Source: an uncultured Actinomycetes bacterium | GTDB lineage: Bacteria > Actinomycetota > UBA4738 > HRBIN12 | Direction: 5' to 3' | Assembly (NCBI GenBank): GCA_963723855.1 | Contig: CAVRSI010000019.1 | Coordinates: 7,107 to 71,106, forward strand | Length of the DNA: 64,000 bases | Shown: in pieces, positions 47,613-57,072 of the stretch | How positions within the stretch are numbered: the first letter of the stretch is position 1 | How the letters are laid out: each line of letters opens with the position of its first letter | Position numbers and translations under genes: made by a program | The notes under the pieces: generated by a model | What the model was told of the DNA's origin: nothing | The model's input: only the letters and a program-made list of their open reading frames with translations | The model's database searches: none

Positions 47613-47992
47613 CTAGGGATGTTCGACGTTGGCCCTCGAGCGGGCGACATCGCGGAACCAACCCGCCGCTGAGAGCGCGAAGGCGACCGCTCCCAGGATC
47701 AGGAGCCAGGGCGTGACGATCAGTCCGAGCGCGATGATCACCGCGGCGACCGCGAACCCAACGGCCAGATCGTCGGGCCGACGTGGGCTCCATCCTCGCT
47801 CGGCCTCCGCTTCCGCCTCACGGCGTGCCACCATGCGCGCGACACGACCCGAGGAAGCAGGAACGTCATCGCCGCGACGAGCAGGAGCGTCGTGCCGGCG
47901 CGCTCATGGCTGGTGAACCCGTACACGGTGCCCAGCGACCGCGAGGAAGCCGCGAGCGAGAAGCAGATCCGCGCGAGCGTGCTCATGCGCAT
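47613..47992 (-). CDS. ctaF: Cytochrome c oxidase subunit IV, actinobacterial CtaF type (frame switch near 47765)
   Basis: GTVYGFTSHERAGTTLLL...HVGPTIWP, then LAVGFAVAAVIIALGLIVTPWLLILGAVAFALSAAGWF. This parallels mycobacterial CtaF as I recall it. The ATG overlaps the ctaE stop. Confidence 0.7.
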
Positions 47993-48581
47993 CACCTCGG
48001 GGTCAGCAGGTAGAAGGTCGTGAACAGGAGCAGCCACACGACGTCGACGAAGTCCCAGTAGATGGCGCCGGCCGCGAGCGGAGTCATGGTTCGAGGGAGT
48101 CAGCGCGCCGCCCATCGCCTGGCCCGAAGACGAGGCGAGGAACACGACGCCGCCGAACACGTGCGCCATGTGGATGCCGGTCATCACGTAGAAGAGCGTG
48201 CCGAACGTCCCGTCCTTCACGCCGAAACCGAGCTGCGAGTAGTCGTACAGCTGCAGGAGGAGGAACGTGATGCCCAGGGCGATCGTGATGCCCAAGAGGA
48301 GGCGCGCGCGTCGCTCGTTGCCCCTCCGGATCGATCGGAGCGAGAGCTGGATCACCACGCTGCTGGCCACGAGGATGACCGTGAGGATCGTCGCGATGTC
48401 GATCTTCAGGTGGGGGATCCCCGGCGGCGGCCACACCTTCGCGTTGGCCTTGATCGTGAAGTAGCCGGCGAAGAACGCCCCGAAGAACATCGCCTCCGAG
48501 GCGACGAACAGCACCATGCCGAGGACCGGCCCGCTCATCTCGCGCTGAGCGGGCTCCCTCCGGCACCGCCACGGTGCTCAT
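47992..48581 (-). CDS. ctaE: Cytochrome c oxidase subunit III (2 frame switches, near 48550 and 48085)
   Basis: LGMVLFVASEAMFFGAFF...TGIHMAHVFGG..., with C-terminus AIYWDFVDVVWLLLFTTFYLL in a shifted frame. The ATG overlaps the ctaD stop (ATGA). Confidence 0.8.
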
Positions 48582-50210
48582 GCGTCCGCCTCCTTCTTCG
48601 CCATGCGCAGGTCGTAGACGGGCCGGTCCGAGCGGATCGGCGGCAACGAATCGAAGTTATGCGCGGGCGGCGGTGACGACGTCGCCCATTCGAGGGTGTT
48701 GGCCTCCCACGGATCGTCCGGCATCGGCGTCCGAGGCTTCCGCAGCGTGACGAAGATGTTCACGAAGAACACGATCATCGCGATCGCGATCACGAACGCG
48801 CCGATCGTGGCGATCAGGTTCAGGAAGCTCCACCCACGGTCCGGCGCGTAGTCGGCGATCCGCCGGGGCATCCCTCGGAGCCCCAGGATGTGCATCGGGA
48901 AGAACGTGAGGTTGAACCCGATCAGCTGCAGCCAGAACTGCCAGACGCCGAGCTTGCGCGACAGGAACCGGCCGGTCATCTTCGGGAACCAGTAGTACAT
49001 GCCCGCGAACACGCCGAAGATGGTTCCTCCGAACAACACGTAGTGGAGGTGCGCCACCACCCAGTACGTGTCCGTGATCGCGAAGTCCATCGCGGGCGAG
49101 GCGGCCCAGACGCCGTTGATCCCCCCGATCAGGAACATCGCGATGAAGCCGAGCGCGAAGAGCATGGGCGGCTCGAAGCGGAGTCTTCCCTTCCAGAGCG
49201 TGCCCAGCCAGATGAAGAAGAGCACGCCGGTCGGGATCGAGATGAGCTCGGTCGTGACGCTGAAGAACGGCAGCTCCACCGCGCCCGTCGCGAACATGTG
49301 GTGCGCCCACACGCTGAACGACAGCGCCGTGATCAGCAGGAACGACAGCACCACGCCCCGGTAGCTGAAGATCGGTTTCCCCGAGAACACCGAGATGATC
49401 TCCGTCACGATGCCCCAGGCGCCCAGGATCAGCATGTAGACCTCGGGATGACCGAAGAACCAGAACACGTGCTGCCACAGGATCACGACGCCCGCTTGCG
49501 TCGGATCGAAGAACACCGTGCCCAGTCGCCGGTCGGCGAAGAGCATGATCAGCCCGGCCGTGAGCACCGGCGCCGCGAGGATCACCAGGAGCGACGTCGC
49601 GAGGATGCTCCAGGTGAAGACCGGCATCCGCATCATGGTCATCCCCGGCGCGCGCATCCGCAGGATGGTCACGATGAAGTTGATGCCGCCCAGGATCGAC
49701 GCCGTCCCGACGATGATCGAGCCCGGCGATCCAGAGGTCCTGGCCGGTGCCGAGCTGCTCGGAGAGCGGCGGGTAGCCCGTCCAACCGGCGGCCGCCGCG
49801 CCGCCCTTCGCGAAGAACCCCGAGAGGATCGTGAGCCCGCCGACCGGCAGGAGCCAGAACGAGAGCGCGTTGATCCGCGGGAAGGCCATGTCCAGCGCGC
49901 CGATCTGCAGCGGGACGAAGTAGTTCCCGAACCCGGCGAGCAGCGGGAAGATCACCAGGAAGATCATCAGCGTGCCGTGCATCGTGAAGAGCTGGTTGTA
50001 CGCGTGGGGTTGGAAGATCTGCGTGCCGGGCCGCGCGAGCTCGGTCCGCATGAGGAGCGCGAACACGCCGCCGACCGCGAAGAACGAGAAGCTGCTGATC
50101 AGGTAGAGGATGCCGATCTTCTTGTGGTCGGTCGTCTTCAGCCAGTCGAGCAGCCGGCCCCGTTCCGGTTCGGGCGCAAGCTCTCTGGAAGGAGCCTCGG
50201 TCACGGCCAT
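48578..50210 (-). CDS. ctaD: Cytochrome c oxidase subunit I (frame switch near 49727)
   Basis: TTDHKKIGILY, FFGHPEVY, WAHHMF, VAHLHYV and GMPRR motifs. The N-terminal third is in ORF 48657..50312 and the rest in ORF 48578..49672. GGAGG lies before the ATG at 50210. Confidence 0.9.
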
Positions 50211-50232
50211 GTCGGATCCTCCGTCGGCGCAC

Positions 50233-51247
50233 TCATGTGACGATGAACGCCCCGGACATCGCGGGGCCGTGGATGTCGCATTGGAAGTAGTAGCGACCCG
50301 CCGGCAGCGCATCGACGTTCAGCGTCTCGGAGGCAGGGCCGGTGATGTGCGGCGATTGATAGAAGGTCTGTTTCTGGAAGAAGCTGTCGTAGATCGAGAA
50401 GTTGTGCTCGATCCCCGCGTCCTCGTTCGTGACGTTCACGGTGAACGGCGTGTCCGCGGGAACCGCGAGGCAGAACGTGTTCCAGGAGATGTTGTGTGCC
50501 ACGAGCGAGAGGTCGGTGCCGTTCGCGTCGCAGGTGATGCCCTCGCGCCGCCTTCCGCTGTTGCTCGATCCACGCCTGATAGTCGGGGGCCGACACCACC
50601 TTCACGACGAACGTCATCCGTGAGTGCCAGAGGCCGCAGAACTCGGCGCATTGGGACTGGAACGTCCCCAACTCGGTCGGCGTGAACGTGAACGTGCTGG
50701 TGCGGCCCGGGATCGCGTCCCGTTTGAACAGGAGCGCGGGGATGAAGAAGGAATGGATCACGTCGCGGGACGTCAACGTGATCTGCACGGGCTCGTCGAC
50801 GGGCAGGACCATGACGGCGGGTCGGACGAGCGTCTTGCCGCTCACGAAGATGCCTTCCGTCGCGTAGAGGAACGTCCATTCCCACTGGAACCCCTCCACG
50901 TGGATCTGCACCTGCGGCGTCTCCTGCTGCTGGACCTGCATGAGCGTCCATTCGCCGAAGGGGAAGAGGGCCGCGACGATCAAGGCGGGGATCACGAAGA
51001 ATACGCCGAGCGAACGCGATCCCCCGACCGTCTGCGGCGGGGGGGTGTCGTCGCGCTTGCGGTACCGGACGATGCACCAGATGAGCAACCCCTCGACACC
51101 GATGAAGACGGGCAGTGCGAGGCCCATGATGACGAGGTACAGCGTGTGCACATCGTGAGACTGCGGCGAGATCCCGTTCTGCGCGCAGCCGGATAGCAGG
51201 GCACCCGTCGCCAACGCGCCGATCCGGAACAGGCGCCGCCGGGTCAT
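50233..51247 (-). CDS. ctaC: Cytochrome c oxidase subunit II lipoprotein fused to a C-terminal type-1-copper cupredoxin domain (frame switch near 50545)
   Basis: Lipobox LLSGC, 2 TM helices, CuA site CAEFCGLWHSRM. After the linker come NISWNTF...TNEDAGIEHNFSI...YYFQCDIHGPAMSG (a His/Cys/His/Met ligand pattern). No CxxCH motif. Confidence 0.8.
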
Positions 51248-51275
51248 GCCTGGCAACCTCTCGCAGCCTGATCGC

Positions 51276-51758
51276 TCACGACACCGTGAACGTCGCGACC
51301 ATGCCGATCGACGCGTGCGGCGGACCGTCCGTGCCACCGCTCTGCGTCCCCGTCTGCCAGCACGCGAACGCGTAGGTGCCTGGAGGGAGGTTGAGCCATT
51401 CCACGATGCCAGCCCCCGTATCGACCGCGCCGAAATCGCCGCCGATGTGGAGCCAGTCGTCCTCGGCGTCGGTGCCTTTCGCCTTGGCGTCATCGATAAC
51501 GTCCTGGGCCGTCTGCCCCGAGGCGAGCGCGATCGGGATCATCTCGTGTGTGATCGGGAAGGATTCCTTGTTCTGGAACAGGATCTGGTTGACACCGGCG
51601 GGGAGGGTCGCCGGCACGCCGTGGTACTTGAACTGCTGCACGAAGATCGTCGTGAGCGGCGTGCTGTCCGACGACTTCGAACACGCCGAGGCTACGAGTA
51701 ACAGCACGCCAGCCAGCGCCGTCGCGAGCTTCGTCCAACGCCCATGTGACCGCCCCAT
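51276..51758 (-). CDS. Cupredoxin-fold lipoprotein (putative blue-copper electron carrier)
   Basis: Lipobox LVASAC. Candidate ligand pattern ITHEM ... YAFACWQTG...GPPHASIGM. It is the first gene of the oxidase operon, with a strong SD (GGGAGGG). Confidence 0.6.
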   Translation of the reverse strand: MGRSHGRWTKLATALAGVLLLVASACSKSSDSTPLTTIFVQQFKYHGVPATLPAGVNQILFQNKESFPITHEMIPIALASGQTAQDVIDDAKAKGTDAEDDWLHIGGDFGAVDTGAGIVEWLNLPPGTYAFACWQTGTQSGGTDGPPHASIGMVATFTVS

Positions 51759-51833
51759 ATCACCCTCCCTCTGGATGCCACGCCCACCCGTGCAGGCGCA
51801 CCCTCCACCGACCCGGGACGGGAAACAAGGTTG

Positions 51834-51849
51834 ATGACAGGACTGTCAC
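51834..51849. promoter_or_regulatory. Palindromic box ATGACAGGACTGTCAC upstream of the oxidase operon
   Basis: Read directly. It lies 76-91 nt upstream of the start codon at 51758 and matches the 43712..43727 box at 15 of 16 positions. Confidence 0.5.
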
Positions 51850-51950
51850 GACGCGACCTCGATGAAGTCTCCGTGACGATGCCGATATCCCCGCGACATT
51901 GCACGGTTGTCATGGTGGGCCGACCGCGATGCGGCTCAGGTGGACCGTTG

Positions 51951-52037
51951 CGGGAGGAGTGGGATTCGAACCCACGGGCCCCTTGCGGGACCAACGGTTT
52001 TCAAGACCGTCGCCTTCGTCCGCTCGGCCATCCTCCC
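51951..52037 (-). tRNA. tRNA-Ser (anticodon TGA)
   Basis: The reverse complement GGGAGGATGGCCGAGCGGACGAAGGCGACGGTCTTGAAAACCGTTGG...GTGGGTTCGAATCCCACTCCTCCCG has a long variable arm. The anticodon loop is CT-TGA-AA. Confidence 0.9.
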
Positions 52038-52101
52038 GAACGCAATCTACCTGCGGCGATGGATAGATGCCGCTGCTAACCCCTCGGCGCGGGCACTACT
52101 C

Positions 52102-52596
52102 TCATAGGTCGACCTGCGGGAGCCCTTGCCGGCCGAGGGTCTCGTTCAGCTCGGTGACGTGAGACACGTCGTGCGCGAAGACCCGCTGGAGCACCCATCC
52201 GTATGTGTGCCGGCGGTCGTCCCCCCGGTGGCTGATGACCTCCTGCAGGTCGTCGAGCGTCCACGTGTCGAGGCACCACCGCACGATCGCGAACGTCGAA
52301 TCGAGCGCGTCGACCAGGTCTCCGGAGCCAAAGACGTGCTCGAGGTCATCATCGCCTGGACACATGTTCCCCGAGTCAGTGAACGGGGTCGTCTCAGCCC
52401 CGGGCGCGTCGCCGAACACGCAGAGCCAGAAGACCCGCTGGCACGTGAGGTGCCCGATGGACGCCCACAGTGGCCAACGGTCCGGGGTGGGCTGGATCGC
52501 GAGGTGCTCAGCCGTCATGCCACCGACCACATCACGGAGGGCCGAGTTGTAGTGCGACCACGACGGATACGCAGGGCTGATCGATGCGTCGGTCAT
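52102..52596 (-). CDS. DinB-superfamily (DinB_2-like) metal-dependent protein
   Basis: 164 aa, four-helix-bundle pattern, with conserved His positions (IGHLTC..., HRG..., AHDVSHV). Confidence 0.6.
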   Translation of the reverse strand: MTDASISPAYPSWSHYNSALRDVVGGMTAEHLAIQPTPDRWPLWASIGHLTCQRVFWLCVFGDAPGAETTPFTDSGNMCPGDDDLEHVFGSGDLVDALDSTFAIVRWCLDTWTLDDLQEVISHRGDDRRHTYGWVLQRVFAHDVSHVTELNETLGRQGLPQVDL

Positions 52597-52640
52597 GCCG
52601 CCACCGTACCGTTCGGCCGCGCGAGGTGCTCCGGCCGCTA

Positions 52641-52696
52641 AGGTCCGAGGACCGTTTTCACGACCGTAGCCTTCGTCCGCTCGGCCCTCCTCCCGA
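52641..52696 (-). other. Degenerate copy of the 5' half of tRNA-Ser(TGA) (pseudo-tRNA fragment)
   Basis: ccgttttcacgaccgtagccttcgtccgctcggccctcctccc aligns to the tRNA 5' half (52037 side) with about 4-5 mismatches. One of them breaks the anticodon stem. No T arm follows. Confidence 0.55.
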
Positions 52697-52842
52697 CCGA
52701 AGCCTACGAGGTCGGGGCCATCGATTTCATTACGTGGGCCTCACCTTCCCTTGGGCAAGGCTTGGAGAGGCGGATCGTAGCGTGGGCAACGTCACCGGGC
52801 CGTTCGGTCCGGGGACGGCAAGCGCCGAAAGGAGCGCACCAG

Positions 52843-53178
52843 ATGGCCTACGTGATCGCCGAACCGTGTGTGGACGTCCACGATCGCGGGTGCGTCGACG
52901 AGTGTCCCGTCGATTGCATCTACGACGGGCTCCGCAAGAGCTACATCCATCCCGACGAGTGCGTCGACTGCGGCGCCTGCGAACCGGTGTGCCCGGTGAC
53001 AGCCATCTTCAGTCGAGACGATCTCCCGGACGAGTGGCGCGGGTACGAGCAGATCGAGCGCGAGTTCTTCGGGCCGAACGTCACCAACCTCGGGAACCCC
53101 GGAGGTGCTGCCCAGGTGGGGGATACGCACGTCGACCATCCGCTGGTCGCCGCGCTTCCCGCCGCCGTCGAAGCTTGA
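52843..53178 (+). CDS. fdxA: 7Fe-type ferredoxin (3Fe-4S plus 4Fe-4S)
   Basis: MAYVIAEPCVDVHDRGCVDECPVDCIY...CVDCGACEPVCPV. SD GAAAGGAG lies upstream. Confidence 0.85.
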   Translation: MAYVIAEPCVDVHDRGCVDECPVDCIYDGLRKSYIHPDECVDCGACEPVCPVTAIFSRDDLPDEWRGYEQIEREFFGPNVTNLGNPGGAAQVGDTHVDHPLVAALPAAVEA

Positions 53179-53224
53179 ATCGACCCGGTGGTGGCGCCGC
53201 ACCCCGCGCGTCTACCCTGTGGGG

Positions 53225-55793
53225 ATGTGCGTCGAGGGTTCCGGGATAGCCGACGTCGGCTCGGGGTCCCATGACGATCTGCTCCGGTCGGAGGCCCGAT
53301 ACCGCGCCCTCGTGGAACAGGTACCGGGGATCGTGTACATCGACACGAACGAGGCCGATCCCGCACCCATGTACGTCAGTCCCGCAGGTCCTCGAGCTCA
53401 CGGGCTACACCGTCGAGGACTGGATGGCCGACCGAGGGCTCTGGCTGAAGGCCACCCATCCCGAGGACCGCGAGCGTGTGCGTGACGAGTGGCTGTCCGC
53501 CGTGGGACGGCGCGCGCCGTTCTCGGTCGAGTATCGCTCGGTCCACCGCGACGGCCGGGTGTCGTGGTTCCACGACACCGCCCGCCTCGTACGCTCCGAG
53601 GACGGGAAGCCGCTGTTCTGGCAGGGATTGATCCAGGACGTCACGGAAGCCAAGCGGGCCGACGTGATGGTGCGTGAGTCCGAGCTGCGGCACCGCGCGC
53701 TCGTCGAACAGGTGCCCGCCGTGGTGTTCATCGACTCCCATGAAGAGTCGCCGATCTGCTACTACGTCAGCCCACAATCGACGGAGATGCTCGGGTATCG
53801 ACCCGAGGAGTTCCAGGACGACCCGACGTTGTTCTTCCGGATCATGCATCCGGACGATGTCGAGCGCGTCGGGAACGCGTGGGTCGATGCGGTTCGGCAC
53901 CGCGATTCGTTCCTCTGCGACTTCCGGCTGTTCCGCCGCGATGGTGCGGTCGTGTTCGTGCGAGAGGCTGCCATGCTCGTCCGCGACGTCGAGGGGAACC
54001 CGATCCATTGGCAGGGGCTGATCCAGGACCTGACGGATCGCAAACGCGCCGAGGACGACCTCCGCGCATCTGACGCCCGGTACCGGATGCTCGTCGAGCA
54101 GGTCCCCGCCGTCGTCTATGAGATGGACCCTGACGATGAACGACGGACCCTCTTCGTGAGCCCGCAGGTGGAGGCTCTGTTCGGCTACTCCCGCGCGGAA
54201 TGGTTGGACCAACCGGACATCTGGATCGAGCTGCTGCACCCCGACGACCGGGAGATCCAGCTGGCCGCGCACGACCTCCACAACGAGACGGGCGAGCCGT
54301 GGAGCCAGGAGTACCGGCTGATCGCGAGCGACGGCAGGGTCGTGTGGGTGCGGGACCAGGCCCGGCTCGTCCGCGACGAAGCCGGGAACGTCTCCACCTG
54401 GCAGGGCGTCATGCTGGATGTCACCGCCCAGAAGGATCTCGAGGAACGGCTCCGTCAGTCGAACGACGACCTCGAGTTGCGCGTGCTGGAGCGCACGGCC
54501 GAGCTCGAGGAAGCGAACGAGATGATGGCGCTCGAGATCGGCGAGCGCAAACGGATCGAGACCGAGCTCCGGGAGACCCGCGAACGCTACCGCCGGCTCG
54601 TCGAGGATCTGCCCGCGGTCGTGTACATGTGGCAGGCCCGCGACCTCGAGAACCCGTCGGGCGTCTACACGAGCCCTCGCATCGAGAAGCTGCTCGGCTA
54701 CTCGGCCGAGGAATGGAACTCCAGCGACATCTGGATCGACCGCCTCCATCCGCATGACCGTGAGCGTGTGCTCGCCGCCTCAGCGCGGAGCGAAACCACC
54801 GGTGAGCCGTTCAGCGAGGAATACCGGGTGTTCGCCAAGGACGGTCGACTGGTCGTCGTCTTCGACCACGCCACGTTGCTCTCGCGCGATCAGCAGGGAC
54901 GGCCGATGTTGTTCCAGGGCGTGCTGATGGACATGACCGAACGCCATCGGGCGGAGGAGTACGCCGCAGAGACGGCGCAGCGCTACCGCGAGCTCGCCGA
55001 GGACGGCCCCGTGGTCTTCATGGTCCTGGAATTCGATCCGGCGCTCGAACAACGGTTCCGGCTCCGCTACATGAGCCCGCAGGTCCAGGACATCCTCGGG
55101 TATCCGGTCGCACGCTTCTACGCGGACCCGTGGGCCATGCTGGACATGGTGCACCCCGACGACCTCGCATCGGCCCGGGAGCACAGCCAACGCATCATGG
55201 AGGGGCACCCCTGGGACATCGACTACCGGATGATCGCGGACGACGGCCGGATCGTGTGGATCCACCTGGAAGGTCGAACCGTGGAGCGTGACGACGAGGG
55301 CCGTCCCCACCGGCTCCAGGGCATCATGATCGACGTCACCGACCGCAAAGAGCGGGAGGAGCGCGAGCGTGAGGCGGCGGCCGTCTTGCTATCCCTCGTC
55401 GAACAGATGCCGGGGGTCCCGTGGACCTACGCCGTGGAAGATCCGACCGACTGGCGGCCGATCTACATCGCGCCGCAGGTGGAACAACTGCTCGGATACA
55501 CGTCGGCGGAGCTCATGGCCGAGCCTCGGTTCTTCGCCAGGCTCGTGCATCCGGACGACCTCGCGGCGACGCTGGCTTTGGCGGAGCGCCGCGTGCGTCG
55601 CGGAGAACCCTGGCTGTCAGAGTTCCGCATCGTTGCGCGGGACGGGAGGGTCCTGTGGCTCCGCAGCCGAGGGAACCTCGGCCACGACGACCAGGGCCGC
55701 CCGTTGCTGCACGGGATGTGGGTCGACATCACCGCGGAGCGGGAACGCACGGACGCCGCGAGCGAGGGTCCGTTAGAGCGACGCGAACGCTGA
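53225..55793 (+). CDS. Six-PAS-domain protein without a recognisable output domain (frame switch near 53384)
   Basis: Six modules of about 120 aa, each with LVEQVP/LVEDLP-type starts, SPQ...LGY, an HP(D/E)D motif, DGR..W and WQG..D.T..K. A coiled coil separates modules 3 and 4. The protein ends 8 nt before the convergent serS stop. Confidence 0.8.
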
Positions 55794-55800
55794 CCGAGGA

Positions 55801-57072
55801 TCAGTCCTTCGGCCGCAGCATCCGGACGGACTCGGGCAGGTACGGGTGCAGCTTCGCGGGCAACTCGACCGAGCCGTCCGCCTGCTGGTGGTTCTCCATG
55901 ATCGCGATCAGGGAACGCCCGACCGCGGTCGCAGTGCCGTTCAGCGTATGGAGCGGCTCCACCTTGCCGTCGGGTCGCCGGACGCGGGTCTGCAGTCGCC
56001 GCGCCTGGTAGTCCGTGCAGTTCGAGCAGGACGTCAGCTCGCGATAGCGCTGCTGTGCCGGCAGCCAGCCTTCGATGTCGTACTTCTTCGCGGCCGAGCC
56101 ACCCAGGTCCCCCGCAGCGACGTTCACCACGCGGTACGGGATCTCGAGGTTCCCGACGATCTCCTCTTCGATCGAGACCAGCATCTCGTGCTCGTCCCAT
56201 GAGGTCTCCGGCGTCGTGAACGAGAACATCTCCACCTTGTCGAACTGGTGCACACGGAACATGCCGCCCATGTCCTTGCCGTACGTTCCGGCCTCGCGGC
56301 GGAAGCACGTCGAGTAGCCGGCATAGCGGAGCGGCAGGTCGGCCTGATCTTCGATCTCGGTCATGTGCAGCGCCGCGAGCGGCACCTCGCTCGTGCCGAC
56401 CAGGTAGAGGTCGTCCTCGCGCGTCACGTACAGCTGCGCCTCGTCCGTCGGCAGGAACCCCGTGCCGTACATCGCCTCCTCGCGGACCAGCACCGGCGGT
56501 ATCACCGGCGTGAATCCCTTCGCCATCAAGATGTCGATCGCGTGCCGCACCAGCGCGAACTGCAGCAACACGATGTCGCCCATCAGGTACACGAAGCGCG
56601 AGCCCGACGTTCGGACCGCGCGTTCGACGTCCATCACGCCGAGCAGCTCGCCCAGCGCGACGTGATCCCGGGGCTCGAACCCGAACTTCCGGGGCTCACC
56701 GTGTCGGCGAACCTCCACGGCGTCCTCATCGGTGAAGCCGTCGGGCGCGGTCTCGTGCGGGATGTTGGGGGTGTTCGCGAGGAGATCGGCGAGCTCCGCC
56801 TCCGCAACCTCCAGCTCGGGCTCGAGCGCCTTGAGCTCGGTAGAGACCTTGCTGACCGCGTCGATCAGCCGTTGCTTCTCGTCGCCTTGCGCGCCACCGA
56901 TCGCTTTCGACGCCTGGTTCTGCTCGGTCCGCAGAGCCTCGACGCGGCCGATCAGCGCGCGACGGCGCTCGTCCGCGGCGAGCAGCGCGTCGACCGCATC
57001 GGCGAGGTTGCGTCGGGCGAGGCCTTTGCGGAACGGGTCCGGGTCTTCTCGGATCGCTTTGATGTCGAGCAT
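55801..57072 (-). CDS. serS: Seryl-tRNA synthetase
   Basis: N-terminal coiled coil MLDIKAIRE... and class II motifs (FRRE, GTATAVGR). Confidence 0.9.
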   Translation of the reverse strand: MLDIKAIREDPDPFRKGLARRNLADAVDALLAADERRRALIGRVEALRTEQNQASKAIGGAQGDEKQRLIDAVSKVSTELKALEPELEVAEAELADLLANTPNIPHETAPDGFTDEDAVEVRRHGEPRKFGFEPRDHVALGELLGVMDVERAVRTSGSRFVYLMGDIVLLQFALVRHAIDILMAKGFTPVIPPVLVREEAMYGTGFLPTDEAQLYVTREDDLYLVGTSEVPLAALHMTEIEDQADLPLRYAGYSTCFRREAGTYGKDMGGMFRVHQFDKVEMFSFTTPETSWDEHEMLVSIEEEIVGNLEIPYRVVNVAAGDLGGSAAKKYDIEGWLPAQQRYRELTSCSNCTDYQARRLQTRVRRPDGKVEPLHTLNGTATAVGRSLIAIMENHQQADGSVELPAKLHPYLPESVRMLRPKD

